Shown: positions 1-7,161 of the stretch, piece after piece
Layout of the letters: every line of letters begins with the position of its first letter
How positions within the stretch are numbered: the stretch's first letter is position 1
IMG/VR virus record: IMGVR_UViG_3300023174_000152
Coordinates: 1 to 64,000 of that record
From: a virus
Reading direction: 5' to 3' (one strand)
DNA length: 64,000 nt
Translations under genes and position numbers: made by a program
Notes under the pieces: generated by a model
Told to the model about the DNA's origin: nothing
What the model saw: only the letters and a program-made list of their open reading frames with translations
The model's database searches: none

Positions 1-45
1 TGTCAGATCCTTAAACACGTGATGATACCATTTATCATTTCGACA

Positions 46-284
46 TAGACAGACAGTGATGCATTATTATATTCCCAGGTAGTATTAGTAAAATCCTGGG
101 GCCACTCACTGCTATGTTTAGCCACACTAGATCGATCCGAGTATACGGTAGTTTTCTAGTCACTGGCAACCCTAATCGGTCTGGGCTAGTCCCTGTGCTC
201 TGTATGATCGGCCTGAACAGCTGACCCTCTTCATCACCGGACGAATACGAGCATCAACACAGACTCCGCATAATCGTAAGCGGA
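46..284 (+). ncRNA. Candidate structured non-coding RNA, possibly the 3' part of a longer RNA
   Basis: No long + strand ORF; back-to-back helices cagtga54-59/tcactg106-111 enclosing cccagg/cctggg, gcca.actag/ctagt..tggc (121-167), ctgtg193-197/cacag258-262, tccgc/gcgga (265-284); strand assumed from adjacent tRNAs. Confidence 0.35.
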
Positions 285-295
285 ACATATACTGA

Positions 296-369
296 CGCGG
301 AGTATAGAAACGGTATCTTACCAGTCTCATAAGCTGGTGTTGGGGGTTCGATTCCCTCCTCCGCAACCA
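296..369 (+). tRNA. tRNA-Met(CAT), initiator-like
   Basis: Cloverleaf with CGCGGAG/CTCCGCA acceptor (C1:A72 mismatch), A11:U24, anticodon loop CTCATAA, GTTCGATTC T-loop, encoded CCA. Confidence 0.9.
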
Positions 370-373
370 ACGT

Positions 374-447
374 GCAGGATTAGTTTAGTGGTAAAACGAG
401 AGCCTTCCAAGCTCACGTCATCAGTTCGATTCTGATATCCTGCTCCA
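374..447 (+). tRNA. tRNA-Gly(TCC)
   Basis: GCAGGAT/ATCCTGC acceptor, anticodon arm gagc-CTTCCAA-gctc, TTCGATT T-loop, U73, CCA. Confidence 0.95.
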
Positions 448-452
448 GAACG

Positions 453-684
453 TGCTGTGTAGCAACAGCTAGTCCGACCCAGACGATCGAAGTGGTGTAG
501 CACCCACGGGTGGTAGTCTTTGAACCGAAAGGCCGCTGGCAATGCGTGAACGGACCCTGCGTGTAGCGGGAACATTAACGACCTTAGATTATCCTGCTGA
601 GGGACCGGAAGCCGATGGGTGGATGGGAATATGTGAAACCAACCAGGATGTCGTTGTGTATTGACCGCCGAGGGTCGCAGAGCA
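453..684 (+). ncRNA. Candidate ~230-nt multi-helix ncRNA between tRNA-Gly and rpoZ
   Basis: Closing helices cgaccc475-480/gggtcg672-677 and tgct/agca; long arm 572-659; CC-GAAA-GG tetraloop; possible pseudoknot ggtggt/accgcc664-669; followed by T-run. Confidence 0.55.
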
Positions 685-703
685 TTTTTATAAGGAGAAT
701 AGC

Positions 704-931
704 ATGGCAAGGATCACTTCAGAAAAAGCAGTAGAACAAGTAGGTAATCGTTATGACTTGGTGTTGATCGCCAGTCGTCGAGCACGTGAACTCAAGCATA
801 ACTATGCTCCTCACATTAACACCGATGATAGTTATACTGTCAAAGCCATACGAGAAATAGAACAAGGTCACATTGGCAGAGACTATCTTTTAAAGAGCCA
901 AGACATTGACCGCAAACGTACAAAATCTTAG
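704..931 (+). CDS. rpoZ: DNA-directed RNA polymerase omega subunit
   Basis: MARIT..AVEQVGNRYDLVLIASRRAREL..TVKAIREIEQG matches the omega signature; AAGGAG RBS. Confidence 0.92.
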   Translation: MARITSEKAVEQVGNRYDLVLIASRRARELKHNYAPHINTDDSYTVKAIREIEQGHIGRDYLLKSQDIDRKRTKS

Positions 932-962
932 TTTTTTACCAAAAGAGATATATACACATATT

Positions 963-1397
963 ATGTTGTCATTCATACGTGAACTTACCGATCCACTGTT
1001 AGATTATCTCAAAGACGACCCTGTGCGTCCTGAGATCCCTCGTGAGTTCCGTGTAAGCGGACAACGATTTGTTTCGGCCCTGATAGAAGAAAAACCACGT
1101 GCCATGGTCTGTGTGAGCCTGCACGATTTTGTTCCTGCCACTGTGGAAGACCTTGCACGTGATCCCAGCGAACCTGACACTGCCATATTCTACACTATCT
1201 GGAGCTATGTTCCTGGTGCCGCAGGCGAACTGCTGTTTGCCACAGTTGATGAAATACGTCGGCAGTTTCCCACTGTGAAACGTTTTGTCACGCTGAGTCC
1301 AAAGACCGAAATGGCTCGTAGATTCCACATCAAAAATGGTGCTCAGGTACTGAAAGAAAATACAGATACCGTGAACTACGAATACATAATAGCATGA
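963..1397 (+). CDS. Minimal malonyl-CoA decarboxylase catalytic-domain (GNAT-fold) homologue
   Basis: Ordered MCD motifs DTAIFYTI, FVTLSP, FHIKNGA, VNYEY; ATG at 963 in frame with ORF 906-1397. Confidence 0.7.
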   Translation: MLSFIRELTDPLLDYLKDDPVRPEIPREFRVSGQRFVSALIEEKPRAMVCVSLHDFVPATVEDLARDPSEPDTAIFYTIWSYVPGAAGELLFATVDEIRRQFPTVKRFVTLSPKTEMARRFHIKNGAQVLKENTDTVNYEYIIA

Positions 1398-1561
1398 GCA
1401 AGTTCACAGACACTCTAAAAGCCGCGCTAGAGAAAAAACATGCCGCGGCACATCCTGACACCAAGTCAGATACCAAAGAGGACAGCAAGTCCAAACCCAA
1501 GCGATCACCACCGGTGATCACAGGAAAACCAGTCAAGAAAGTCACTGGACGCGGCCGTTAA
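1394..1561 (+). CDS. Small Lys-rich hypothetical protein (55 aa)
   Basis: ATGA overlap with upstream stop; MSKFTDTLKAALEKK...KKVTGRGR; below ORF-track cutoff. Confidence 0.7.
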   Translation: MSKFTDTLKAALEKKHAAAHPDTKSDTKEDSKSKPKRSPPVITGKPVKKVTGRGR

Positions 1562-1566
1562 AACGG

Positions 1567-1595
1567 TTGACATCTAACTCCTTTTCTGGTATAAT
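1567..1595 (+). promoter_or_regulatory. sigma70-type promoter
   Basis: Perfect TTGACA-17 nt-TATAAT upstream of AGGAGG RBS and ORF 1624. Confidence 0.9.
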
Positions 1596-1623
1596 ATAAT
1601 GTTAAATCAGAAAGGAGGGCACT

Positions 1624-2214
1624 ATGCCTAGCGTATTTTTAGTCAGTGACACGCACTTTGGCCACGCTGGTGTGTGCCGCTTCGTTCGCAATGATGGGGT
1701 CACGAAGTTACGGCCATGGGACAACGCTGACGAGATGGACGAAGAAATGGTCCGTCGTTGGAACGAACGTGTGAAACCCACAGACAAGGTTTACCATTTG
1801 GGTGACGTTGTGATCAACCGCAAGGCCCTGGGTATCATGCGCAGGCTCAACGGTGACAAGGTCTTGATCCGCGGTAACCACGATATCTTCAAAGACGAAG
1901 ACTATCGTGAACACTTCCGAGAACTTCGTGCCTACCATGTCATGAACGGAATGATCTTGAGTCACATTCCTATCCACCCTGAAAGCCTTGGTCGTTTTGG
2001 TGTAAATATCCATGGACACTTACATGCCAATCGTGTGATGAAATCCATGCCACCAGCCTACAGACCTGACATGATCGATCCACGCTATCATTGCGTTTGT
2101 GTAGAGCAAACTGACTTTGCACCAATCTTGTTTGAAGATGTGATCGCTCGTATCAAGGAAGAAGGTGGTACCATAGGTTTCACCAATGGCAACGGTCCGC
2201 AAGGAGCAGACTGA
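1624..2214 (+). CDS. Calcineurin-like metallophosphoesterase
   Basis: SDTHFGH, HLGDV, GNHD, SHIP, HGHLH motifs. Confidence 0.9.
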   Translation: MPSVFLVSDTHFGHAGVCRFVRNDGVTKLRPWDNADEMDEEMVRRWNERVKPTDKVYHLGDVVINRKALGIMRRLNGDKVLIRGNHDIFKDEDYREHFRELRAYHVMNGMILSHIPIHPESLGRFGVNIHGHLHANRVMKSMPPAYRPDMIDPRYHCVCVEQTDFAPILFEDVIARIKEEGGTIGFTNGNGPQGAD

Positions 2215-2381
2215 TGACATATCCAAGAATCAAACTTTGGGAAGCGACCATCCGTACACCAGATGGTAAAGAGTTCAAAGATCGTGTGGGTGCTGACACA
2301 GCCGAACAGGCTCGTAGATTGCTACAAGAACGCCACGGGCCACGTGCAGTGCCATATATACCACACATGATTCCCAGCTAG
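2214..2381 (+). CDS. Hypothetical protein (55 aa)
   Basis: TGATG coupling, AAGGAG RBS; MTYPRIKLWEATIRTPDGKEFKDRV... Confidence 0.7.
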   Translation: MTYPRIKLWEATIRTPDGKEFKDRVGADTAEQARRLLQERHGPRAVPYIPHMIPS

Positions 2382-2385
2382 GGTC

Positions 2386-2509
2386 GCCGGCTACCCAGCT
2401 CACTGGACCAACGCCAATAAGTGTCTATAGCGCAGTGCCGGGGTGACGATTGCCGCGAGGTAACAAGAGCCGCAGATACCATAAGTCTGCGCCGGACTGG
2501 GTAACCGGC
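2386..2509 (+). ncRNA. Candidate ~125-nt structured ncRNA
   Basis: Terminal helix gccggctacccag/ctgggtaaccggc (12 of 13 bp) enclosing cactg/cagtg, ttgcc-GCGA-ggtaa and cgcaga/tctgcg hairpins; intergenic. Confidence 0.55.
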
Positions 2510-2520
2510 AATCTTGATCG

Positions 2521-2549
2521 TTGCGATCCAAATCGGTGTAGTGTATAAT
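2521..2549 (+). promoter_or_regulatory. sigma70-type promoter for tRNA-Thr
   Basis: TTGCGA-17 nt-TATAAT ending 8 nt before the tRNA. Confidence 0.7.
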
Positions 2550-2557
2550 AACTATTC

Positions 2558-2631
2558 GCCCTTTTAGTTAAATGGTATAACAGTTGATTTGTAATCATCA
2601 GTTGGCAGTTCGATTCTGTCAAGGGGCACCA
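2558..2631 (+). tRNA. tRNA-Thr(TGT)
   Basis: GCCCTTT/AAGGGGC acceptor, anticodon loop TTTGTAA, GTTCGATTC T-loop, CCA. Confidence 0.92.
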
Positions 2632-2650
2632 ACCAACACAAAGGAAAACC

Positions 2651-2809
2651 ATGAGACCAGGCCCAAACTTTAAAATGAGCAAACAAAGCAAGAGATTTTT
2701 GGCTACCATTATTGACCCACACCGTCGCGGTGAAATCAAACGTGGCACTGTACAAGCAGAACTGTCAGGCCAACAACAAGTGCGCCAACCTCGTGGCGAT
2801 AGAAAATAA
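2651..2809 (+). CDS. Small basic hypothetical protein (52 aa)
   Basis: AAGGA RBS; MRPGPNFKMSKQSKRFLATIIDPHRRGEIKR... Confidence 0.7.
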   Translation: MRPGPNFKMSKQSKRFLATIIDPHRRGEIKRGTVQAELSGQQQVRQPRGDRK

Positions 2810-2810
2810 C

Positions 2811-3044
2811 ATGCCCATACCCGGCTGGGACGATCGCTGGGCTCTCTACAATCGAGTGATCCGTTGGGATCTCGTATTTGCCATATGGCCACGGCGTTGC
2901 AAAATAACTGATCGTAAGATATGGCTGGAATGGTGTTACCGAGGCAATATTTTTATCACAGGTCCTGGAGATCCAGTGGATGAATACGAATATCTTACCA
3001 AAGAATCTTTTATAGTAGAAAGACTAGCAGGCCGTATTAAATAA
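2811..3044 (+). CDS. Hypothetical protein (77 aa, Trp-rich)
   Basis: ATG 1 nt after upstream stop, in frame with ORF 2712-3044. Confidence 0.65.
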   Translation: MPIPGWDDRWALYNRVIRWDLVFAIWPRRCKITDRKIWLEWCYRGNIFITGPGDPVDEYEYLTKESFIVERLAGRIK

Positions 3045-3048
3045 TGGC

Positions 3049-3621
3049 ATGCTACACACAGATCAAGCACAGATACTAGGACCGGGTCTTTGGTATCTGC
3101 CTCAAGTTTTTGACAGCACAACCTATCGGGAAATACGTCGATGTTATCGTGAGACTGCCACAGGTTGGCAATGTCTCGTCCCCAACAGGCTCATGAGCCT
3201 GCCCAACAATCCAGACTACCACTATCTAGCCGAAGTGGCACAGGACATCAACCTCGCTGTCAGCGAACTCACCGGGCACCAACTACGCCCACTCAATCAA
3301 GAAATATTCATAGACCTTCCAGGACATCAACTCTCCTGGCATTTTGACTCAGACAACTATCAAGTCCTACTACAAGTTTACTGTGGCGACACAGCACAGC
3401 CCAACATGGGAACACAATGGTATGTGGGTGATAAAAACCCTACATTATTCGCCCAGCACGGTGTGGATTCCATCGTAGATGTAAAAGGATTAAATACAGT
3501 TGAAACTGCGTATGCACCCAACGCAGGTTATATCAACGACAACACTGTCAAAAAAGCACACGGAACACGGCGTGTGGCGGCAGGACTCAGCAGAGAAAGC
3601 GTTTTGTTTACTTTTGGCTAA
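3049..3621 (+). CDS. 2OG-Fe(II) oxygenase superfamily protein
   Basis: WHFD (HxD), distal His in KAHG, and R.S motif (RESV). Confidence 0.75.
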   Translation: MLHTDQAQILGPGLWYLPQVFDSTTYREIRRCYRETATGWQCLVPNRLMSLPNNPDYHYLAEVAQDINLAVSELTGHQLRPLNQEIFIDLPGHQLSWHFDSDNYQVLLQVYCGDTAQPNMGTQWYVGDKNPTLFAQHGVDSIVDVKGLNTVETAYAPNAGYINDNTVKKAHGTRRVAAGLSRESVLFTFG

Positions 3622-3638
3622 AAAAACAGCCTGCTGTG

Positions 3639-3668
3639 TTGACTCTTGCTAAGTAATCCTGTTACAAT
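3639..3668 (+). promoter_or_regulatory. sigma70-type promoter upstream of porin
   Basis: TTGACT-18 nt-TACAAT with TGn extension; spacer also contains a TAAGTA late-like motif. Confidence 0.6.
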
Positions 3669-3708
3669 AACTCAGTTACACAGTAACAACTTTCGAAAGG
3701 AAAAATAA

Positions 3709-4866
3709 ATGTTTAAAAAATCTGTTATCGCAGTAGCATTGTTGGCGGCCGCCGCAGGCACTGCCCTAGCACAATCTAATCTCTCTTCAGGAGTGCAGAT
3801 CTATGGTATCATGGACGCAGGTGTTGTGTCTGCAACCAATGTTGGTTCAGCCAACAGCCGTATTACCGCTTTCAACAGCGGTGTTGACCAAACCAGCAGA
3901 TTGGGCTTCCGGGCCACAGAAGATCTAGGTGGTGGACTCAAAGCAGGTGCTGTGCTAGAAAATCAAGTCGATCTTGGCAACGGATCGCAAGGTCTTTCAG
4001 CTGGATCAGGTGCTGCCAATGCTGTGTTCAGCCGTGGCGCCAACATCTTCCTGGAACATGGAACTTACGGTAAGATCACTCTAGGTCGTCAAGCCAATGC
4101 GGCTTGGGGCACCTATCAACAGTTTGATGGTCGCAACAACTCAAACTTTGGCTCAGTGACCAACATCATCAATGACGGTTCTAGCTTTGGTGGTACTTCC
4201 ACAGCCAAGACTGGTATTGCTTCACTCACAGGTACTTCATGGTTCAACAATGCCATCCGCTATGACACTCCAAAATGGAACGGTGTCAATGCCACATACG
4301 CTCGAGTATTTGGTAACACAGCCGGTGACATTGATTTTGGCAAAGCTGATCAGTATGTGTTGCGCTACGACAACAATGGTTCAGTGTTTGGTGCACTAGG
4401 TTACTACTCAGCCAACAACTCTACTGGTGTTGAAACTGCTCGCACTAAGTGGTATGGTGCTGGCTACCGCGCTACCAAAGATTTGACATTGACAGCTAAC
4501 CTGTTCCAGATGGAAAATCCTAGTAGCACAGCGGCCAATACCAAGTTTGACTTGAAGTCAATCGGTGCTCGCTATCAGATCAACGGTAAGTGGTATGCCA
4601 ATGCTGGCTACTATATGTTGGACGACAAAGTTACTTCTACCAATGGTATGAAGATGACTTCTGCTTCGTTGAACTATGATCTCAGCAAGCGTACTTCGTT
4701 GTTCTTTGGTGTGTCTAAGAGCACAGTTGACGGAACCACAGGTATTTCAGCCTGGGGCAACGGTGGCGGTGCCAACTATGACAGCCTGGGGCAGTCAGCT
4801 AACAAACTAGGCGCTCAAGGTCAAGACCAAACAGCCTATGCTGTATCCATGCGTCATTCGTTCTAA
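3709..4866 (+). CDS. Gram-negative general diffusion porin (Omp32/Porin_4-like)
   Basis: Sec signal peptide; VQIYGIMDAG, SRLGFRATEDLGGGLKAGAVLE, YDLSKRT, C-terminal MRHSF. Confidence 0.93.
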   Translation: MFKKSVIAVALLAAAAGTALAQSNLSSGVQIYGIMDAGVVSATNVGSANSRITAFNSGVDQTSRLGFRATEDLGGGLKAGAVLENQVDLGNGSQGLSAGSGAANAVFSRGANIFLEHGTYGKITLGRQANAAWGTYQQFDGRNNSNFGSVTNIINDGSSFGGTSTAKTGIASLTGTSWFNNAIRYDTPKWNGVNATYARVFGNTAGDIDFGKADQYVLRYDNNGSVFGALGYYSANNSTGVETARTKWYGAGYRATKDLTLTANLFQMENPSSTAANTKFDLKSIGARYQINGKWYANAGYYMLDDKVTSTNGMKMTSASLNYDLSKRTSLFFGVSKSTVDGTTGISAWGNGGGANYDSLGQSANKLGAQGQDQTAYAVSMRHSF

Positions 4867-4884
4867 TCTCAGAACTTGATAACC

Positions 4885-4919
4885 AAAAACACACAGGCAA
4901 CCACCTGTGTGTTTTTTTT
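4885..4919 (+). terminator. Rho-independent terminator after porin
   Basis: aaaaacacacagg-caacca-cctgtgtgttttt stem with 8-T tract. Confidence 0.85.
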
Positions 4920-4924
4920 GACCT

Positions 4925-6262
4925 ATGATTGACATATTATCTTTTGCACTATTAGGCAGCCTGGCCGGAGTGGTAGTTGGCTTGGTGCCCGGAATCGGTC
5001 CAGCACAACTGCTGGCCATTGCTTACTTGGCTTTGCTGTCCATGGATCCTGTACAGTTGGCTGTGTTCTACATTGGCTTGATCACTGCCAGTCAGTATCT
5101 CGATTCCGTGCCAGCCACATACTTTGGTGTGCCCGGGGAAACCAGTGCTGTTCCAGCCAGCTACGAAGGTCCACGACTCATGGCCCAAGGGCTGGGCCAA
5201 CAAAGTATCAGACTCACTGCCATTGGAAGACTTGTCGCCAGCATGATCGCTGTGGGGCTAGGTTTGGCCTTGCTGGGCGTGATCATGCAAAGCACTTGGA
5301 TATTCAAAAACAATGTTCAACTGGTGTTGCTGGCACTGGCGTTGTTGGGTGTGGCCATCACTAGCCAATGCAACTGGTGGAAAACCATGATTGCCATGAC
5401 TTTAGGCTATGTGATAGGCAAAATAGGATTTGATTACACTACCGGTCAAGATGTACTGACCTTTGGTATAGCCCAACTGCAAGAAGGTGTTCCACTGATA
5501 TCAGTGTTGATGGGTATCTATGTTGTTCCGTTGTTGTTGGTAGAACTAAAAAAATCAATACGGTTAGATCGTGCTTCTGTGCCAGCACAGCAGACCAGCA
5601 TGGATGTGCGTCCTTATGTTCCTGTGATGTTGCGTAGCAGTATCCTGGGATGGTTCCTGGGTCTAATACCAGGATTGAGTTACATACTCAGCGCCACTGG
5701 GTGTTATGCCTATGAAAAGTGGCAACGTATCAAACATTCATTGTATCGTCCTGGTGACATGCACACCATTGTGGCCGCAGAAACAGGCAACACCAGTGGT
5801 GCTTTCAGTACCATGATACCTTTGATGATTTTTGGCATACCGATCACTATATCTGAAACCATACTGTACAATGTCATGGTTACCAATGGTGCAGATTTCA
5901 GTAGAGGTACGTTTTTATATGCCAACTATCCGTGGTTACTGGGTGCATTTGCAATGGCCAATGTGATTGGTTTGATTTTTTGCTGGCCCATGGCCATGCA
6001 TATGGCTCGCTGGGTGCGCAAAATAAATCTCCGGATGACCTGGATCTCTATAATTATTGTTGTCTTGTTTGGAGTGATATGGCAAGGCTATTATAATCAA
6101 ATGCTATTGCTGTATCTTGTTGTATTTGTTATAATGATACTATGTGGTTTGATCTGCTTGCGATATAAAATAGATCTATTACCAGTGTTGTTTGTTTTCC
6201 TGCTACAGGGCAACATTGATCAAGCAGTTTTCAATCTGTGGCAGATATATTTTAAAGGGTAA
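4925..6262 (+). CDS. tctA: Tripartite tricarboxylate transporter large permease, TctA family
   Basis: Polytopic membrane protein with repeated GLVPGIG/GLIPGLS, FGVPGETSA, AAETGNTSGAFSTMIPLMIFGIP. Confidence 0.88.
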   Translation: MIDILSFALLGSLAGVVVGLVPGIGPAQLLAIAYLALLSMDPVQLAVFYIGLITASQYLDSVPATYFGVPGETSAVPASYEGPRLMAQGLGQQSIRLTAIGRLVASMIAVGLGLALLGVIMQSTWIFKNNVQLVLLALALLGVAITSQCNWWKTMIAMTLGYVIGKIGFDYTTGQDVLTFGIAQLQEGVPLISVLMGIYVVPLLLVELKKSIRLDRASVPAQQTSMDVRPYVPVMLRSSILGWFLGLIPGLSYILSATGCYAYEKWQRIKHSLYRPGDMHTIVAAETGNTSGAFSTMIPLMIFGIPITISETILYNVMVTNGADFSRGTFLYANYPWLLGAFAMANVIGLIFCWPMAMHMARWVRKINLRMTWISIIIVVLFGVIWQGYYNQMLLLYLVVFVIMILCGLICLRYKIDLLPVLFVFLLQGNIDQAVFNLWQIYFKG

Positions 6263-6264
6263 AA

Positions 6265-7161
6265 ATGCTTAAGATTTATGCGTTAATGTTATCAATGTTT
6301 TTGATCGCGGGAGCACAGGCCAACCCACGTCAGATCTCTGTGATATATTCCAGTCCTCCTGGAGGACTGATAGACAGTCAGAACAAAGCCATGCAAGAAC
6401 ATCTTGAAAAAAACAACTGGCGGGTAGAAGCTGTACGAGCTCCCAACTGTAGAGCTGCCAAGACCTGGTTAGATGGCAATCCTGGCAAACCGGCTGTGAT
6501 GGCGTTCCAAGTAGAAGAAGATGCTTACAATCGCATAGCACCTGGTGCTGCCGATGCCTGCGGCATGGAGATCACGCAACGGTCTGTGTCAGCGATCAGC
6601 ATATCTAATCACTATCTAGTGTGTAGCATGTTGCCTCCGGACAAGGCCTTGCCAAAGTTCCTAGCTGGTGGTAATCGAGTTGGTGTGACATTCTTTGCCA
6701 GCACCAATGTCATTGTTGCTGAAAGTCTAGTTAGATCAATGAATCTCAAGGACACCAAGGTCTTGAGATTCCAAGGACAGCCCAAACTCACACAGGCCTT
6801 GGTCAGTGGCGATGTGGATTTCACTGTCAACACCAATGCCAGCAGTATCACCAGTGCTGGTGGTCAGTGCTTCTTAAGCACCGCGCCAAAGAATATAGCA
6901 GAAAAGAACGGATGGAAGAGTATAGCTGAGTTTGATCCTAAGAATCCTTGGATTGGCAGTGGACAGATGTATGTGTATCTAGCATTTAACACTGACCGTC
7001 AGACCATTGCACGGGATACTGTGGAACTGATCAAAACTCATCCTATCTTGATTGACATTTATAAAAACAATGCCTATCGTGATGGAATAGCTGCCGGGCA
7101 AACTGAAGAACAACAATGGAAAACCATCACTAATCACATCAACCGATATCTAGCCAAATGA
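6265..7161 (+). CDS. TctC/Bug-like periplasmic solute-binding protein (divergent)
   Basis: Signal peptide; SSPPGGLIDS and RFQGQPKLTQALVSGDVDF resemble the two Bug motifs; directly follows tctA. Confidence 0.7.
   Translation: MLKIYALMLSMFLIAGAQANPRQISVIYSSPPGGLIDSQNKAMQEHLEKNNWRVEAVRAPNCRAAKTWLDGNPGKPAVMAFQVEEDAYNRIAPGAADACGMEITQRSVSAISISNHYLVCSMLPPDKALPKFLAGGNRVGVTFFASTNVIVAESLVRSMNLKDTKVLRFQGQPKLTQALVSGDVDFTVNTNASSITSAGGQCFLSTAPKNIAEKNGWKSIAEFDPKNPWIGSGQMYVYLAFNTDRQTIARDTVELIKTHPILIDIYKNNAYRDGIAAGQTEEQQWKTITNHINRYLAK

Noticed and set aside
453-684. RNase P RNA (CCAGACGATCG resembles its P1/P2 junction) or group I intron (TAGTCC)
   Set aside because: No GGAAAGUCC or ACAnAAnnnGGCUUA RNase P cores, and no GACUA partner or interrupted gene for a group I intron
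172-710. Minus-strand ORFs 172-366 and 327-710
   Set aside because: Antisense to tRNAs and the structured RNA, with no recognisable protein features
2425-2892. Minus-strand 155-aa ORF
   Set aside because: Antisense to tRNA-Thr and to RBS-bearing + strand genes
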